This document shows, one piece after another, positions 37,794 through 51,272 of a stretch of 64,000 nt of DNA. Origin of the DNA: Stegostoma tigrinum (Eukaryota); contig NC_081366.1 in NCBI RefSeq assembly GCF_030684315.1, forward strand, positions 9,863,410-9,927,409, written 5' to 3'. Under the pieces are notes generated by a model that saw only the letters and a program-made list of their open reading frames with translations, was not told the DNA's origin and made no database searches. Each line of letters opens with the position of its first letter. The stretch's first letter is position 1. A program made the position numbers and the translations under genes.

Positions 37794-40260
37794 GTACGTA
37801 CACCGTGTCCCCTTCCCCAACGAACTGTTATCGTCTAAACCAATCTGAGGGCTGGGGCTGGGTGTGGGTGTGAGCAGAGCAACAAAGAACCAGTCGGTGA
37901 ATGGATTGAGGAAGACGGCATCAGCAATTGTAATTTGAATTCTGCCACCAGAATGGTTCACAAGTCTGAGTTAAACACCAGCTCCAGATGATTCCACCGG
38001 GAACTCCCATTTATGTTCCATCAGTCACCGTGGAGGGTGGGATGGTTTGTGGTGATTGTGATGAGTTGGACTATTCTCTTTTGGAGTAGTTAGTGGTGAG
38101 GAGAGATTTAGTAGGGTTACTGATTGCTACATTACTTTTCATGCTGTAACTGGGAAAAAACATTAAGTGCTTTGATATTACATGGTGGCCTAGTCTTTAA
38201 AACAGGCCATTCATCCCAATATTCATGCTGAACATCAGCTTCTTCCTGGTTTTCTTCATCTAGCCCCATCAAAGTATCCCTCTATTCCTTTATCCATCAT
38301 TTCCTATCAAATGCACCAACGCCATGGACCCAATCACTCCATACAGCAACGTATTCTACATTCTCACTGTTCTCTGGGTAAAGTATTCCTTCCTCTTTTC
38401 AGAGGAGAAAAAAGCTCTCCTGATTTTTCTGACTTGTTTTTAATTGTGACTTCCTCACGTTTGTGATGCCCCAACACCCCTTCTGATGAGTTGAACTAAC
38501 TTTTTGTCTACCCCACCAAACATTTTCATAATCTTCAAAACTTCCATTGAGTTGTTCCTCAGTTTCTCCCTTCTGGCTGGCAGATAGGCACAGGATATAA
38601 ACTAGCTACCAAAAACGCTATGGGGAGTGTGAGGAGTTGATACGACCTTGAACTCATAATCGGCAACGGTGGTGGAGTCAGATTAAGTCAGAAATTTCAA
38701 AAACCAAATGGATTTGGAGAGGAATAATTTGCAAGCTTCTGAGATTAAAGTCAGAAGTCACATGAAACCAAACTTATATTTCTGATGAAGGGTCTAGGCC
38801 CAAAACGTCAGTCCAATTGCTTCTCTGATACTGCTTGGTCTGCTGTGTTCATCCAGCTCTACTCCTTGTTATCTCAGATTTATATTGCAATGGGTTTACC
38901 TGAAATCGCTAGGTTTTGGAGTGCTGTGATTTAAAATAAACCTGTTAGACTCTAACCTGGTGTCATGTGATTTCTGACTTTGTCCACCCCGGTCAAACAG
39001 CAGCACCAACCCATTGGAGTTTAAAGCTGGGTGTGAGACTAGATTAGATATTTCCCAATGGACAGAATGGGCTGCACAGCCTCTTTCTGTTGTAAGGTTT
39101 TAGATTTTTATAATTCAAGGCTAGAATTATTGCCTGCTGTATTGTTCAATGAGATGATCGCTAACCTTTGTCCTTCCCTACTCTATCCACATTGGCTCCA
39201 TAAGTCTTTCGTAATCCGTCTAAAGATTGGATTTTCAAGCTTGTGACTGTGCTGGAATTTGAATTAAAAATGTGGGACATGATTAGAATCTGCGATTCAG
39301 AATGATGACAGCCATTATAATGTTAGCATCCTCGCTCTGAAGTCTGATATGGAAAGAATAGATTGTTTCATCTGCTTTTCTGTCAATTTAAGGACAGGAA
39401 GGAGATCTTTAGAATATTCTTCACAGTCAGAGATGTTTGTACATTTAAAGAGCATCAGAGGAGCAAGAAGGCTGACGTTTCGTCTTCAGAAAGGTCTAGG
39501 CCCGAAATGTCAGCCTTCCCGCTCCTCTGATGCTGCTTGGCCTGCTGTGTTCATCCAGCTCCACACCTTGTTATCTCAGATTCTCCAGCATCTGTAGCTC
39601 CTACTGTCTCTGTGCATTTAAATCCCACTGCCAATTAAGGGGAGGATTTTCCACATGTCTTTCCACAGCTTAAATGCATTAGGGCACTTTGCCCATTTTG
39701 AGGAAAAAAATGCTTGAATGCAGGTCAATACTTGTACACTGGTGACCAAGATTGTGGGGTGTTCACCTTTTGTGGAATAGACCCCGTTAATAGTGCATCA
39801 GTATTATAGCATGACATCTAATAGTGAATTTGGATATATGAAAATATTTAAAGTCTAGCTGCCAGCATGTCCTGGATTCCTTGGCAGTCTTTCTCCAATG
39901 TTCATAAAGTTTCCAAGGAGAATTGTTCATGGGGGATGATTGAAATGAAAGTAGTGTGTGGGAGATGATTCAGTTTTTCTCTGGTCTTCACAGTAGCACA
40001 ACAGGCTCATGCAGAAGGATTGTTTCTGTTTTGTATCTGAAGTCCTCTTGACCTATGAGAAGGCCATGTGAAAATAGTGCGGAGTTGGGCAAGTACTGGA
40101 AAATTGATTTTCCTGCTCAAAGAAAGCAGGGTTCATCATTGTCCTTCTGAACCCAGTTTGCACCCCTATCGGGAGACCAATGTCCAACCCCCGATCTTCC
40201 TTTCATGTTGCCACTAAGTCATACTCATAAAAATGCCACTCTCTTCTTTTTCTTTTTCAG

Positions 40261-40343
40261 CATCTAAGCCAATGATGCATGTCAAACCTATGATTTTAGA
40301 CATGCCCATGGCCTACATTGACCCAAATGCAGAACATCCAAAG
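40261..40343 (+). CDS. CD74: CD74 exon 3 (CLIP region; PSKPMMHVKPMILDMPMAYIDPNAEHPK)
   Basis: Long pyrimidine tract plus tttcag| acceptor; AAG|GTAATG donor; phase 1 to 0; MMHVKPMIL aligns with CLIP core MRMATPLLM (hydrophobic P1 and P9, Pro at P6). Confidence 0.9.
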
Positions 40344-41147
40344 GTAATGTCCAACTTCTAGAAAACCTAGAACTAGCACTCGCGGTTATCTCATGTGCAG
40401 TTTTTTAAATTGGATTTTGCTGGGCGCAACATTGACTTTTGCTTTCGTCTTGGTCAAATGCAGAGATTGATCTCCAAAACCAACTTGTTGGATGAAGAGA
40501 TCTTAGAATTCCAGTTAGCTGTTGATACTTGTCTCACTAAGCTGGGGGGATGGGAGAGAGGATGGGCGCCTCGCTTCCCATTCTGTCTCCCTCACTATGC
40601 CCAGGAACCTATCATGTTTCTTAGCTATAAAAACCTCGCCACATCATGGGCAGTGAAAGCTCCCAAATTCAGAGGCTGAGGTTACCTCCGTTTAAAATCA
40701 CTTTTGGCTTTAATTCCACCAAGTTGATGCTCTCCGTCCCATCTTTGATATTCAAGATTTTTGGATTGTCTCTTTACTAATCTTGATGGTGATCGCGTTG
40801 ACCTGGCTGAGTCTTTTTCATGACCAGCTGAGGATTAAACCGGGAACAGCTCTGCAGTATGTACAATAGATACAGTAGGAGCTTCTGCACCTAGCTGAGA
40901 GGGCCTGGATTCAGCCTGTCTCCTGCAAGGTAGCAGCTCTAGTACTTCCTCAGGACCTGAAGCAGCAACCTGAGAAAATTACTCTGTGCCACTTAACCTT
41001 GCAGAGCCTAAAATTGACTGTAATCATGTGGTCAGGACCGGAGCAAGGCATTGTGGTGCATTTTGATTTAAAAGTGCTTTATAATGGTTAGTTAAAAGTG
41101 GAAGTGAACAGTCACTTTGTTTATTGTTAATATTTATTTTCTAACAG

Positions 41148-41210
41148 TCTCCGAAACCCACTCCTGCCAAACCCCTGACTGTGCTGGAACAAGTGCGGGA
41201 ACTGCTGAAG
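41148..41210 (+). CDS. CD74: CD74 exon 4 (SPKPTPAKPLTVLEQVRELLK)
   Basis: ctaacag| acceptor and AAG|GTATTG donor; 63 nt, phase 0-0; EQVRELLK matches human DHVMHLLQ at the start of the trimerisation domain. Confidence 0.9.
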
Positions 41211-42624
41211 GTATTGTTGAAGGGGAATCTTTTCAAAGCTGTTGTGAACCAATAAAATGTTGTTTGTAGCAGAATGGGAGACCATTCAGTCCATCATGCC
41301 CGTGCCAGCTCCTGGAAAGAGCTATCTATTTAGTCCCATTCCACCAACTGCCCGCACCTAGAATGGCTGGCGCTTCAGATACATGGGATCACCATCCCTC
41401 TGCAAGTTCCATCATCCCCCTGATGTGGAGATGCATTGTTTTTCCTTCAGTATTGATGGGCCAATCTGTTGGAGTTCTGTCAGCACTTGGGACGTCTCTA
41501 TGGGGATGGTAGCAGCTGAAGAAGGCACCTTATCACCAACTTCTCTAGGTTATTTCAGGATAGGTAACAAAAATAGTGGCTTAGCTCCCAGCCCATCAAT
41601 GTATTGCATAAAAAGGCAAATTGAGTGTTTATGCAAAATATTTTGAGCGTTTACCATTTAATGTGCCACCACCTATTTCTAGCCATGCATTCCAGCAAGT
41701 CACTGCGTGATAACCTCCTGTGGTCAGAGGAGACCATCCCCTGCTCTCCCATTATTTCACATTACCTGAAGCTCTTCCCCTCTGACACCGTACGGAACTG
41801 GCCGCAGTGTCCCAACTGGAGCTGATCTACTGATTTAAAGATTGCTGAATGAGATTGTAAATGCCAAGGACTGTCAGGACTGTGTGGAAAATGAATGGTT
41901 AGTCCACAGGGGTAACAAATTGGGGAGCTCCTTCAAAGAGCTGGCCTAGGCTCAATAGACTGATTTGGTTCTGCAGCATCAATTCACTCTCACATTGTGA
42001 CCTAAATAGAGCACTGTTGCCTCGCAGCGCAAGGGGCATAAGAAAGATCATGGCCAATTTTCTCACGGATTCCAGTCCACTTACCTGCCTCTTCTCTATA
42101 ACTCTTAAGTCCTTTGCTGTTCAAAAATCCATGCATCTTGCCAGAAACCAAGTTTGATTCCAGCCTTGGGTGACATTTTTTTGTGGAATTGCACATTATC
42201 TACTGCCTAACCTTTCAAGGTGCTCCAATTTCCTCCCACAGTCCAAACATGTGCAGCTTGGGAGAATCAGGCAGCTTAGCATGGCCATGGTCCCCAGGGA
42301 TGTGCAGGCTAGGTGAATTGGCCATGGGGAAATGCAGGGTTACAGGGATAAGGTGAATCTGGATGGGATGCTGTTCGGAGGCTCAGTGCGGACTCAGTGG
42401 GCCCTGGCTTGCAGTGCAGGAATTCTGGAATTCTAGAAAAAGGGCACAAATTATCAAAGGCTTTGACAACTCAACTTTGCCATCCATGGTAAAAAGGCAG
42501 CTCATGAATACTAGAGCTATTTGGGTGTGGCCTGTCCTTGGCTTAGTATAACTGGAATGAAGAGTTGACTGATGGGAAAATGGTCAGCCAAATGATGACA
42601 TTGTCTTTGACTTTTCATTGGCAG

Positions 42625-42720
42625 AAAGAGAATGTAACCAACGAGATTCCAGAATTTAACAGCACTTTCTCTGCCAACCTCGACCTGCTGCGAAGCAGCA
42701 TGACGGAATCTGAATGGCAG
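42625..42720 (+). CDS. CD74: CD74 exon 5 (trimerisation domain; KENVTNEIPEFNSTFSANLDLLRSSMTESEWQ)
   Basis: 96 nt, phase 0-0; P-x5-F-x2-NL-x2-L-x3-M-x4-W pattern as in human [25 protein letters not shown]; sequons NVT and NST; donor CAG|GTTAGT. Confidence 0.93.
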
Positions 42721-43818
42721 GTTAGTGTTCATGGTACTGAATTATAGCACAGATACAGGCCATTTGGTCCATTTGCTCCATACTGGCTTCTACACGCTAA
42801 AAATAACTACCTGCTGTCAAACATCCCTTCAACCTACTCACCCAAACCTTCTATTCCTTTCTCCCATGTGATACCAATAAATATTGTGCATCTATTAAAA
42901 TAAATTAACAGGCATTCATTGGGTGTCTGCCTGGCTTACTTTCTGTAATTTTCATCCCAAATACTCCCAGTGGTAGTGAATTCCAGATTTGCAACACACT
43001 TTCTCTGGTGAACATAATAAATCCAATAAGCAGGAGAAATTTAACATGTTACACATTCACTCCTCACTTTGAATTCCTCTACAAAGTAGGAACTGGAAGT
43101 GTCCATTCAGCGCATTGGGGGCTTACCACACAAATAAGTGATGTTATATGGATTGGAGTGGCTGTGTGACGTCAGGTATATAGGCTGATATCCCAGGGAC
43201 TGTTGGATGATATCAAACAGCGCATCCCTTTGCTGCTCAAAATAGACTGATGACTGTATCCAACCAGCCCATTTATTGCAAAACTCCGAACTTAATGTTA
43301 AATGTGGTTCTGCAATTGTGCAGCACTTACTGAACAAGTCTGAGTGTATTACAAATTATACCCTCAACAAATTTAACACTACCAGTCAAACTCTTAATGT
43401 GGCTTCCTTATGCTTGCCAGAAGGTACACATATTCAGACACAGGGACTTGTCCTCCCCAGGAGAAAGGAACATCTCCAAGTATCGTCCCTCTTTAAAATT
43501 AAATACAACTGCCTAGGACATTAATTCCATAGTGTGTTCTTCACTTGCTAGTCAATAAATGCCTTCTTTTTTCAAATTGTATAAATTGATGTTCCCTTTG
43601 AAATTTAGCATTCTTGCATTTGTGCCGATGAGCGCAGGACAGAAAGTTTAGGCGCCATTCGGTTTTTGTTTCAGTTGCACTAAAATTTAATTCCCTCACT
43701 TGGCTGGGGTGGGGGGGGGGGGGGGGGGGCGTTGTGGGTGAAATCCCACAAACCAGTTCTAATGACCCATGCCCAATTCACAAAAGCTGGCAGTTGATAT
43801 TATCTTTTCTGTTTACAG

Positions 43819-43939
43819 GGCTTCGAAACTTGGCTCCGAAACTGGCTCTTCTTCCAGCTCATTCAAGAGAAGAAGCCTGCTCCAACAACCAGTGCACCCC
43901 GATTCGACCCTATGCCTGAACCTAAACCTAAACCAAGTG
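43819..43939 (+). CDS. CD74: CD74 exon 6 (GFETWLRNWLFFQLIQEKKPAPTTSAPRFDPMPEPKPKPS)
   Basis: tttacag| acceptor; FETWLRNWLFFQL matches human FESWMHHWLLFEM; donor G|GTACGT, phase 0 to 1. Confidence 0.93.
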
Positions 43940-45584
43940 GTACGTGACTGCCTTGTATTTCATTCCTTGTCCTGAAGGAGGTGATCTCACAGTGCTGGCT
44001 CGCCTTCACCGTACATTGGAAAGAATGAGGGTCTTGCATTTATTTGTTTCACGTTCTAAGGGCATGCCAATGCATGTTTTAGGCAATGGACATCATCCGA
44101 AGTACAATCACTGTTGGTCTGCAATATTGACCAATGATTGTAGCCTACATCAGTGACCAACCTGTTTGACAAATGGAAACTGTGATCGGAGAGCACAGGT
44201 TTCGTCTACGGGATCACCGCTACAACAACGGGTTAGCATTGAAATGGCACGTGTTGCGATGGAGTGGTAATGTCACAAAATTAACAATTCTGAGATCCAG
44301 GCTTGTACCCTGGGAACATTGGTGGGATTTCAATTCACTTGAAACACCTGGAATTGAAAACTAGTCATGATAAGGGTCAGGTGCAGTGTACACCTATCAT
44401 CTTCTCTCGTGTCCTTTTCAGGCAGGAATGTTGCCATCCTACCCTGGTCTGGTCTACATGTGACTCCAGACTCTCAGCAATGTGATTAGCTCTTAACTGC
44501 TTCCCCCAACTATTCAAATCAAAGGGCTGTTAGGGATGGGCAACAAATGCTCACTTTGGTAAAGATCACCTGAAGAAACAAATACAGGAATTTGAAGAGG
44601 CCCCAAAGACCTGTACAGTTAGTGAAGTACATCTCGAGTGGTCTCCATGGAGACTATTAAAAATCTCAAATAGAAAGGGGAGGCCAATATTTGTCCCTTA
44701 ACCAACTTTACTTGGGAGGAAAAAAAACAAATTATCTGCTTACTTTCTCATTTACTGTATGGCCTTTTCTTCATTGGTTGTACATTTGAAAGGGAAACAT
44801 TCATAGAACATAGAACTGGAGAAAAGATATGGTACAGAAGGGGGTCCATTCAACCCCATCACATCAGCAGGGGCTAGTCCATTGTAATCCCACTGTCCAG
44901 CACCTGGTGTGTTGCTTTGCTGGTTCCAACTTCAGGGCATGTTCCTCACCTCTGTGAATAAGGTGAGGGTCTCTGCCTCAACCACCAAACTGGGCAGTGG
45001 ATTCCAGTCACCCACCCAACATGTTCCTCCTGTCCACTCCAATCCTTCTACCAGTCATCTTCAATATGTGTCCCTGCTAGGGAAAACAGGAGGAGCGAGA
45101 AGGAAAGGTAGAGGTGATGGACGTTTAGGGAGCCTGTTCCAGAATTTTGGTCCGGGAAGGTCAAAGTCAATCGTGGAAGGGAATAAAAATCAAAGATTTG
45201 CGCAAAACTAGAATCAGAACATGGCAGTTAGATCCGGAGGGCCATAGAGCTAGGGGTTCATAGAGGCAGGGGCGAAGGCATGGAGGGCTGGAGAGGAAGG
45301 GGTGAGGAGATTGAGGACTGGGGTTGGAGAAGGGGGTGGGCACAGAGGGCCAGAGAAGGAGGGTTGAGGGCACTGAGCAGGGGTGGTGAGGGGGCATTTG
45401 AAATCAAATCTGAGGATCTTCAAGTGAGACTCTACTAAGCGCCTTTAAAATTGCATGCACTGTGGGAGGGACAGGATGTGAATCCCATTGGTACCAAGCT
45501 GCGCTCTTCTACCAGTGATGAAAGAAAGACGTTAGAATGATTTTGGTGTGTTTGAAACCCCTTCTTTGTTCCTGTTTACGACAG

Positions 45585-45668
45585 AGAGAAAGATTTTCTC
45601 CAGTGTTGTGGTGAAGCCAATGATGGTTAACCTTCCAGAACCTGAAAAAGCTCCTGTATCAAAGAAAG
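45585..45668 (+). CDS. CD74: CD74 extra linker exon (ERKIFSSVVVKPMMVNLPEPEKAPVSKK), symmetric phase 1-1
   Basis: Pyrimidine tract plus acag| acceptor; AAAG|GTAACT donor; 84 nt, open in the frame required between exon 6 and the Tg exon; non-repetitive. No transcript evidence. Confidence 0.72.
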
Positions 45669-48600
45669 GTAACTTTTTAAAAAATCCACTGTTCAGTCCA
45701 GAGCAAATATTGGTTTGGAAGGGGCTGGCCTGGGTGCAGTGAGAGTAGACCCATGCCCCATCCCATTGTGGAGATCACAGACTCAAATGGATGGGCGAGA
45801 AAGTCAGGATTGGCATCATGATGTTTTGCACTTGTTCACAATCACATTGTCCAGAACCAGGGAGTGCCACACACAAAGGCAGAGGTTCACAACTAATCTG
45901 TGGGAGCAATATTGAACTTGCTTTTGGCTCCCGAGGAAGTGAATAGATTGTGAGACTTGATGACTGAATGAATATCTGATCTGTGGGACAGGCTAAGGAG
46001 CCCGTATGGTTTATTGAAATGCAATTGCAGTCGGTTTCATTCAGAAGAGTTTTCAAATACAGTCTCTGGGTGACTCTGAGTCATGTGTATGGGTGAGGCT
46101 GACAAGCTGGGAGGAACAGATGACTTTGTCTCCCTCATGTAGGTCTCATATAGCAGATGCATTGTCACCGGTTACAACATGCACACAATGTTAGAGATAA
46201 CAGTGTGGAGCTTGAAGAAACACAGCAGGCCAGGCAGCACCAGAGGAACAGGAGAGTTGACGTTTCAGGTCAGGTCCCTTCTTCAGAAATGCGGAAGGGG
46301 AAGAGAGCTGAAAAATAAATAGTGAGGCGAGGTTGGGCTGGGAAAGATCGGTGGGATGGCGATAGGCAAGTACAGGTAGGGAGTGGTCAGTGGGACGGGA
46401 GGGGTGGATAGATGGGAGAGAAGATGGACAGGCTGTGTCAGGTCAAGGAAGCAGAGATGAGAAAGAGGGTTAGTCATGGGATGAGGCTGGGGGTGGGGAG
46501 ATTTTAACTGGTAAAATTCACATTTAGGCCATTGGCCTGTAGGCTCCCAAGGTGGAATATGAGGTGCTGTTCCTCCAGTTTGTGGGTGTGTTCATGTAAG
46601 TGCGACTTTGAACCAAAGCTCATAATGTGTACAGGGTTGAATTCACCTGAATAGTGCAAGGGATAAGTCATGTTATGCGGACAGACTTATGACATTGGAA
46701 TTGCCTGCATTAGAGACAGAAGTCTTAGATGAGATTTGCCTTTGATTAAGGAGTCAATTTAAAGGAAAGATTGACTTACCAGTCATAGGAAACAATCATA
46801 ATGGTGTTAAGAGAAACATTTTTATCTTGAGGTAGGGAGAATTTTTACCACTGGGAATTTTTTTGAGGCTGGGTTGATCTTGCATCTAAGGAAGAGACAG
46901 GCAAGTACTGATAATGCCGGGAGTAAAACTGGCTGTTGGGCCGCTTTAGTTTGATGAACCAGAGGACAGACAGATGGGCAGAACAGTCTCCTGTCCTTAG
47001 AGGTCAAGGCTCAACTATGAGGTTGTACAACTGCAGAGCCCAGCTGATACGAAAGGCCCTGAATCATTATTGCTGAATCGGGAAAGACAACCTGGTTCCA
47101 AACAAACTCGGTCACAAACAGTAATAGCCGTTTTTTATTTTTGGAGAGAGATGATGATTAGTTGTTGATTGATGGCAAGAGCGATCGATGAGGGTAATGG
47201 TGGGGTCCTTTTGCTTTTGAATCCCTGCACTCTGTGAGAAATTAAGGTTTTGCTGAGCTACTTTCTGAGAACAGCTCCGAGTCACTCCCGGTGGCATAAT
47301 GTGTCAGCTCAGACCAGGTAAGCACAGCAGGTTTCGCTGTTTTATGGACAACACAACAACTTCTTGGTCACTTTCACTGATAGCGTTGCTTCCACTTCAG
47401 AGTCATATTTTTGAATTGCACTCCCAACCTACAGGCTGCCATGGTAGGACTGCAAGTAGAGTTGCTGACATTATCCAGAGGTTTGTAAAACTAAAGGGTC
47501 CAGCCAAAAATACAACACAATGGTTTAATATGCAATCCTACAAACATTAGTGAAACAATTAACCATGAACTGCCTCTCACAGCCTGTGAACTGTCTCCTA
47601 TATCATTGACCCTTCCCAACCTTTTGATCTCCCTCAGTTAATGTGCACCCAGACTGATCACTTGAAAGACACATTCCATATCAAAATTCTCAAATAATCT
47701 TCTAAGGTGCAAATTCAAGCTGAATTCACATTATTCAACACTGGACTTTCATGGATTTGCAAACTATGGATTTGAAGAGCTGGCTGCAAGCTGATCTCAG
47801 AGCCAAAGTGAGTGTTGGATGTTCCGTTTCACCCCAGAGGCCTCTGCCTTTCTCTGTTGTTAAATCCAGGACTGATCTACTCATCCTGTACAGGGCGACA
47901 ATTTCCAAAGAGTTGAGTTCCTTCAGGTTCTTTTGAGTGATAAAGATACAGCTTTTCACTCGTACACCGTCACAACAGAGACAAGGTCAGAAACCACACG
48001 ACCCCCGGTTACGGTCCAACAGGTTTATTTGAAAACACAAGCTTTCGGACCACTGCTCCTTTGTCACGTGATGAAGGAGCAAGTGCTCCGAAAGCTTGTG
48101 ATATCAAATAAATCTGTTGGACTATCACCTGGGTTGTGTGGTTTCTGACCGTGTCCACCCTAATCAAACAGCAGCACGGGCACTTACAGGAATGATCCTG
48201 TTAGTACAGTGACTGCAAGAACAAGTCAGAAACTGGGAATCCTGTGCTGAGTAACTCACTTCCTGACTCCCCTAAGTCTGTTACGGTCTACAAGTCAGGA
48301 GTGGGATGGAATACTCCTTCCCCACTTGCCTGGATGGGTGCAGCTCCAACGACACTAAAGAAGCTCGGCAGCACCTAGGCTGATGCAAGACACTTCAACG
48401 ATATGACATGCACTAACATTCAGTCTCTGCACCACCGATGCACAGTCGCAGTAGTGTGTACCATCTACAAGATGTACTTCAGCAACTTGCCAATATATTT
48501 TTGATAATCTCCCAAACTGACAAGATCATCTGGTTGGAAGGATAAGGACAACAGGCACATGGGAACACCACCATCAGCAAGTTCCTCTCCAAGCCACACA

Positions 48601-49496
48601 TCATTCTAATATGGGAATATATCACTATACCTCCACTTCCGGCTCAAAATCCTGAACTTCCCTCTCTAACAGCATTGTCGGTTTTACTTGCATGCCAAAG
48701 CCTGCGGTAGCGTAAGGAAGCGTGTTCTCTCCCTCCCTCAGGGACAGGCAATGACTACTGGCCTAGGCAGCAATGCTAACATTAATGAATAAAACAAGTC
48801 GAGGAAGCAGCCCATTTGGAGCCTGCCCAGATTTCCTGATAACCTTCTCAACAGGGAGGTCTTATGCTGAATGTTTGATCTCGTTTCTCAATGTCCCATT
48901 TACCAACCTCTCACTCCTCCTTCAAATCCCTTCTTTTACTGGAGAACATCCATGAGTTAACAGGGTTGCAAATCACATCTCCAATAACACCATCCAATTA
49001 GACAGGCCTTGGACAGAAACTTGGCAGCATCAAGTTGAACAAGGAGAATAAAAGTGGCAACAATAAAGTGCATTTACTTAGTGCCTTTCACATTGTAATG
49101 TACTTCGCTGGACTGATTGACACCAAGACACGCAAGGAGAGAACAGAACAAACATGTTCGAAGAAGTAGCTTTTTCAGGAGAAAGTTGGGGTGAGAGCTG
49201 TAGAGGTTTGGAAGAGGAATTCCAGAGTTGAGGACCTAAGGCAATTGAAGGAATGGCTGACAGTATCGATGTAACTAAGTGTACACAAGAGGTCAGACTG
49301 AGCAGGGGGTAGCAGCCTTGGCACATTTGGAGGTTACGCAGACCGGCGGCGGGGGGGCGCGGGGAGCAGACAGACCACGATGGGGTTAAACACGAGAGGT
49401 GAGGATCGTAAAATCCTGAAAGTGGGCTCCAGGCAGTGGAATGTGGGGGAAGAAAAGCATCATTTGTGATGTCAACCACTATCTTCCCTCGTTCAG

Positions 49497-49691
49497 TGCG
49501 CAGCGTGGACACCGAGTGTGAGAGACGTCGCCAAGCGAAGATTGTTCCTGGAGTTTACCGCCCCACTTGTGATGAGATGGGAAATTATGAGGCAAAGCAA
49601 TGTTGGCCGAGCACAGGCTTCTGCTGGTGCTCCTATCCGAATGGAACAGAGATCTCAGGAACATCCACACGCGGGCATTTAAGCTGCGAAC
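49497..49691 (+). CDS. CD74: CD74 thyroglobulin type-1 exon (p41-type, exon 6b), copy 1
   Basis: Six Cys, QC and CWC motifs (YRPTCDEMGNYEAKQCWPSTGFCWCSYPNGTEISGT, cf. human p41 [36 protein letters not shown]); 195 nt, phase 1-1; ttcag| and |GTACGT sites. Confidence 0.95.
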
Positions 49692-51272
49692 GTACGTTTC
49701 CGTTTTCTTCATCTACGTGATAGTGTGAATGTGATTTAAAAGTCCTCCATGTTATGGGAAATGGATTCTCAGACACAGGTGGATCCTTTTGCCCGTACAC
49801 CTCAAGACCTGGGCAACATCCAGGGGTTAGTAACGCTCAGACTATACAAGAACATTGAAAATAAGAGAAGCTGGGCTTCAGTCCTCCACATTCAGTAGCA
49901 ATATCATCAATAAATCCCCCACTGACAACATCATAAATGTCACCAATAACCTCAAACTTAACAGGATCGTTCATGTAAGTACAATGGCTACAAGAGCAAG
50001 TCAGAAACTGGGAGTCCTGTGCTGAGTAACTCACTTCCTGACTCCCCTAAGTCTGTTACGGTCTACAAGTCAGGAGTGGGATGGAATACTCCTTCCCCAC
50101 TTGCCTGGATGGGTGCAGCTCCAACGACACTAAAGAAACTCGGCAGCACCTAGGCTGATGCAAGACACTTCAACGATATGACATGCACTAACATTCAGTC
50201 TCTGCACCACCGATGCACAGTCGCAGTAGTGTGTACCATCTACATGATGTACTTCAGCAACTTGCCAATATATTTTTGATAATCTCCCAAACTGACAAGA
50301 TCATCTGGTTGGAAGGATAAGGACAACAGGCACATGGGAACACCACCATCAGCAAGTTCCTCTCCAAGCCACACATCATTCTAATATGGGAATATATCAC
50401 TATACCTCCACTTCCGGCTCAAAATCCTGAACTTCCCTCTCTAACAGCATTGTCGGTTTTACCTGCATGCCAAAGCCTGCGGTAGCGTAAGGAAGCGTGT
50501 TCTCTCCCTCCCTCAGGGACTGGCAATGACTACTGGCCTAGGCAGCAATGCTAACATTAATGAATAAAACAAGTCGAGGAAGCAGCCCATTTGGAGCCTG
50601 CCCAGATTTCCTGATAACCTTCTCAACAGGGAGGTCTTAAGCTGAATGTTTGATCTCGTTTCTCAATGTCCCATTTACCAACCTCTCACTCCTCCTTCAA
50701 ATCCCTTCTTTTACTGGAGAACATCCATGAGTTAACAGGGTTCGCAAATCACATCTCCAATAACACCATCCAATTAGACAGGCCTTGGACAGAAACTTGG
50801 CAGCATCAAGTTGAACAAGGAGAATAAAAGTGGCAACAATAAAGTGCATTTACTTAGTGCCTTTCACATTGTAATGTACTTCGCTGGACTGATTGACACC
50901 AAGACACGCAAGGAGAGAACAGAACAAACATGTTCGAAGAAGTAGCTTTTTCAGGAGAAAGTTGGGGTGAGAGCTGTAGAGGTTTGGAAGAGGAATTCCA
51001 GAGTTGAGGACCTAAGGCAATTGAAGGAATGGCTGACAGTATCGATGTAACTAAGTGTACACAAGAGGTCAGACTGAGCAGGGGGTAGCAGCCTTGGCAC
51101 ATTTGGAGGTTACGCAGACCGGCGGCGGGGGGGCGCGGGGAGCAGACAGACCACGATGGGGTTAAACACGAGAGGTGAGGATCGTAAAATCCTGAAAGTG
51201 GGCTCCAGGCAGTGGAATGTGGGGGAAGAAAAGCATCATTTGTGATGTCAACCACTATCTTCCCTCGTTCAG

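Noticed and set aside
43151-43173. ATTGG followed by TGACGTCA as a fifth SXY module
   Set aside because: Spacing differs (10 nt), there is no X1 box, and it lies in a decayed Penelope GIY-YIG coding fragment (~43130-43670).
49436-49720. Stand-alone 94-aa thyroglobulin-domain genes (also 51212..51496)
   Set aside because: The domain is bounded by phase-1 splice sites matching CD74 exon 6b; the ORF ends are intron read-through.
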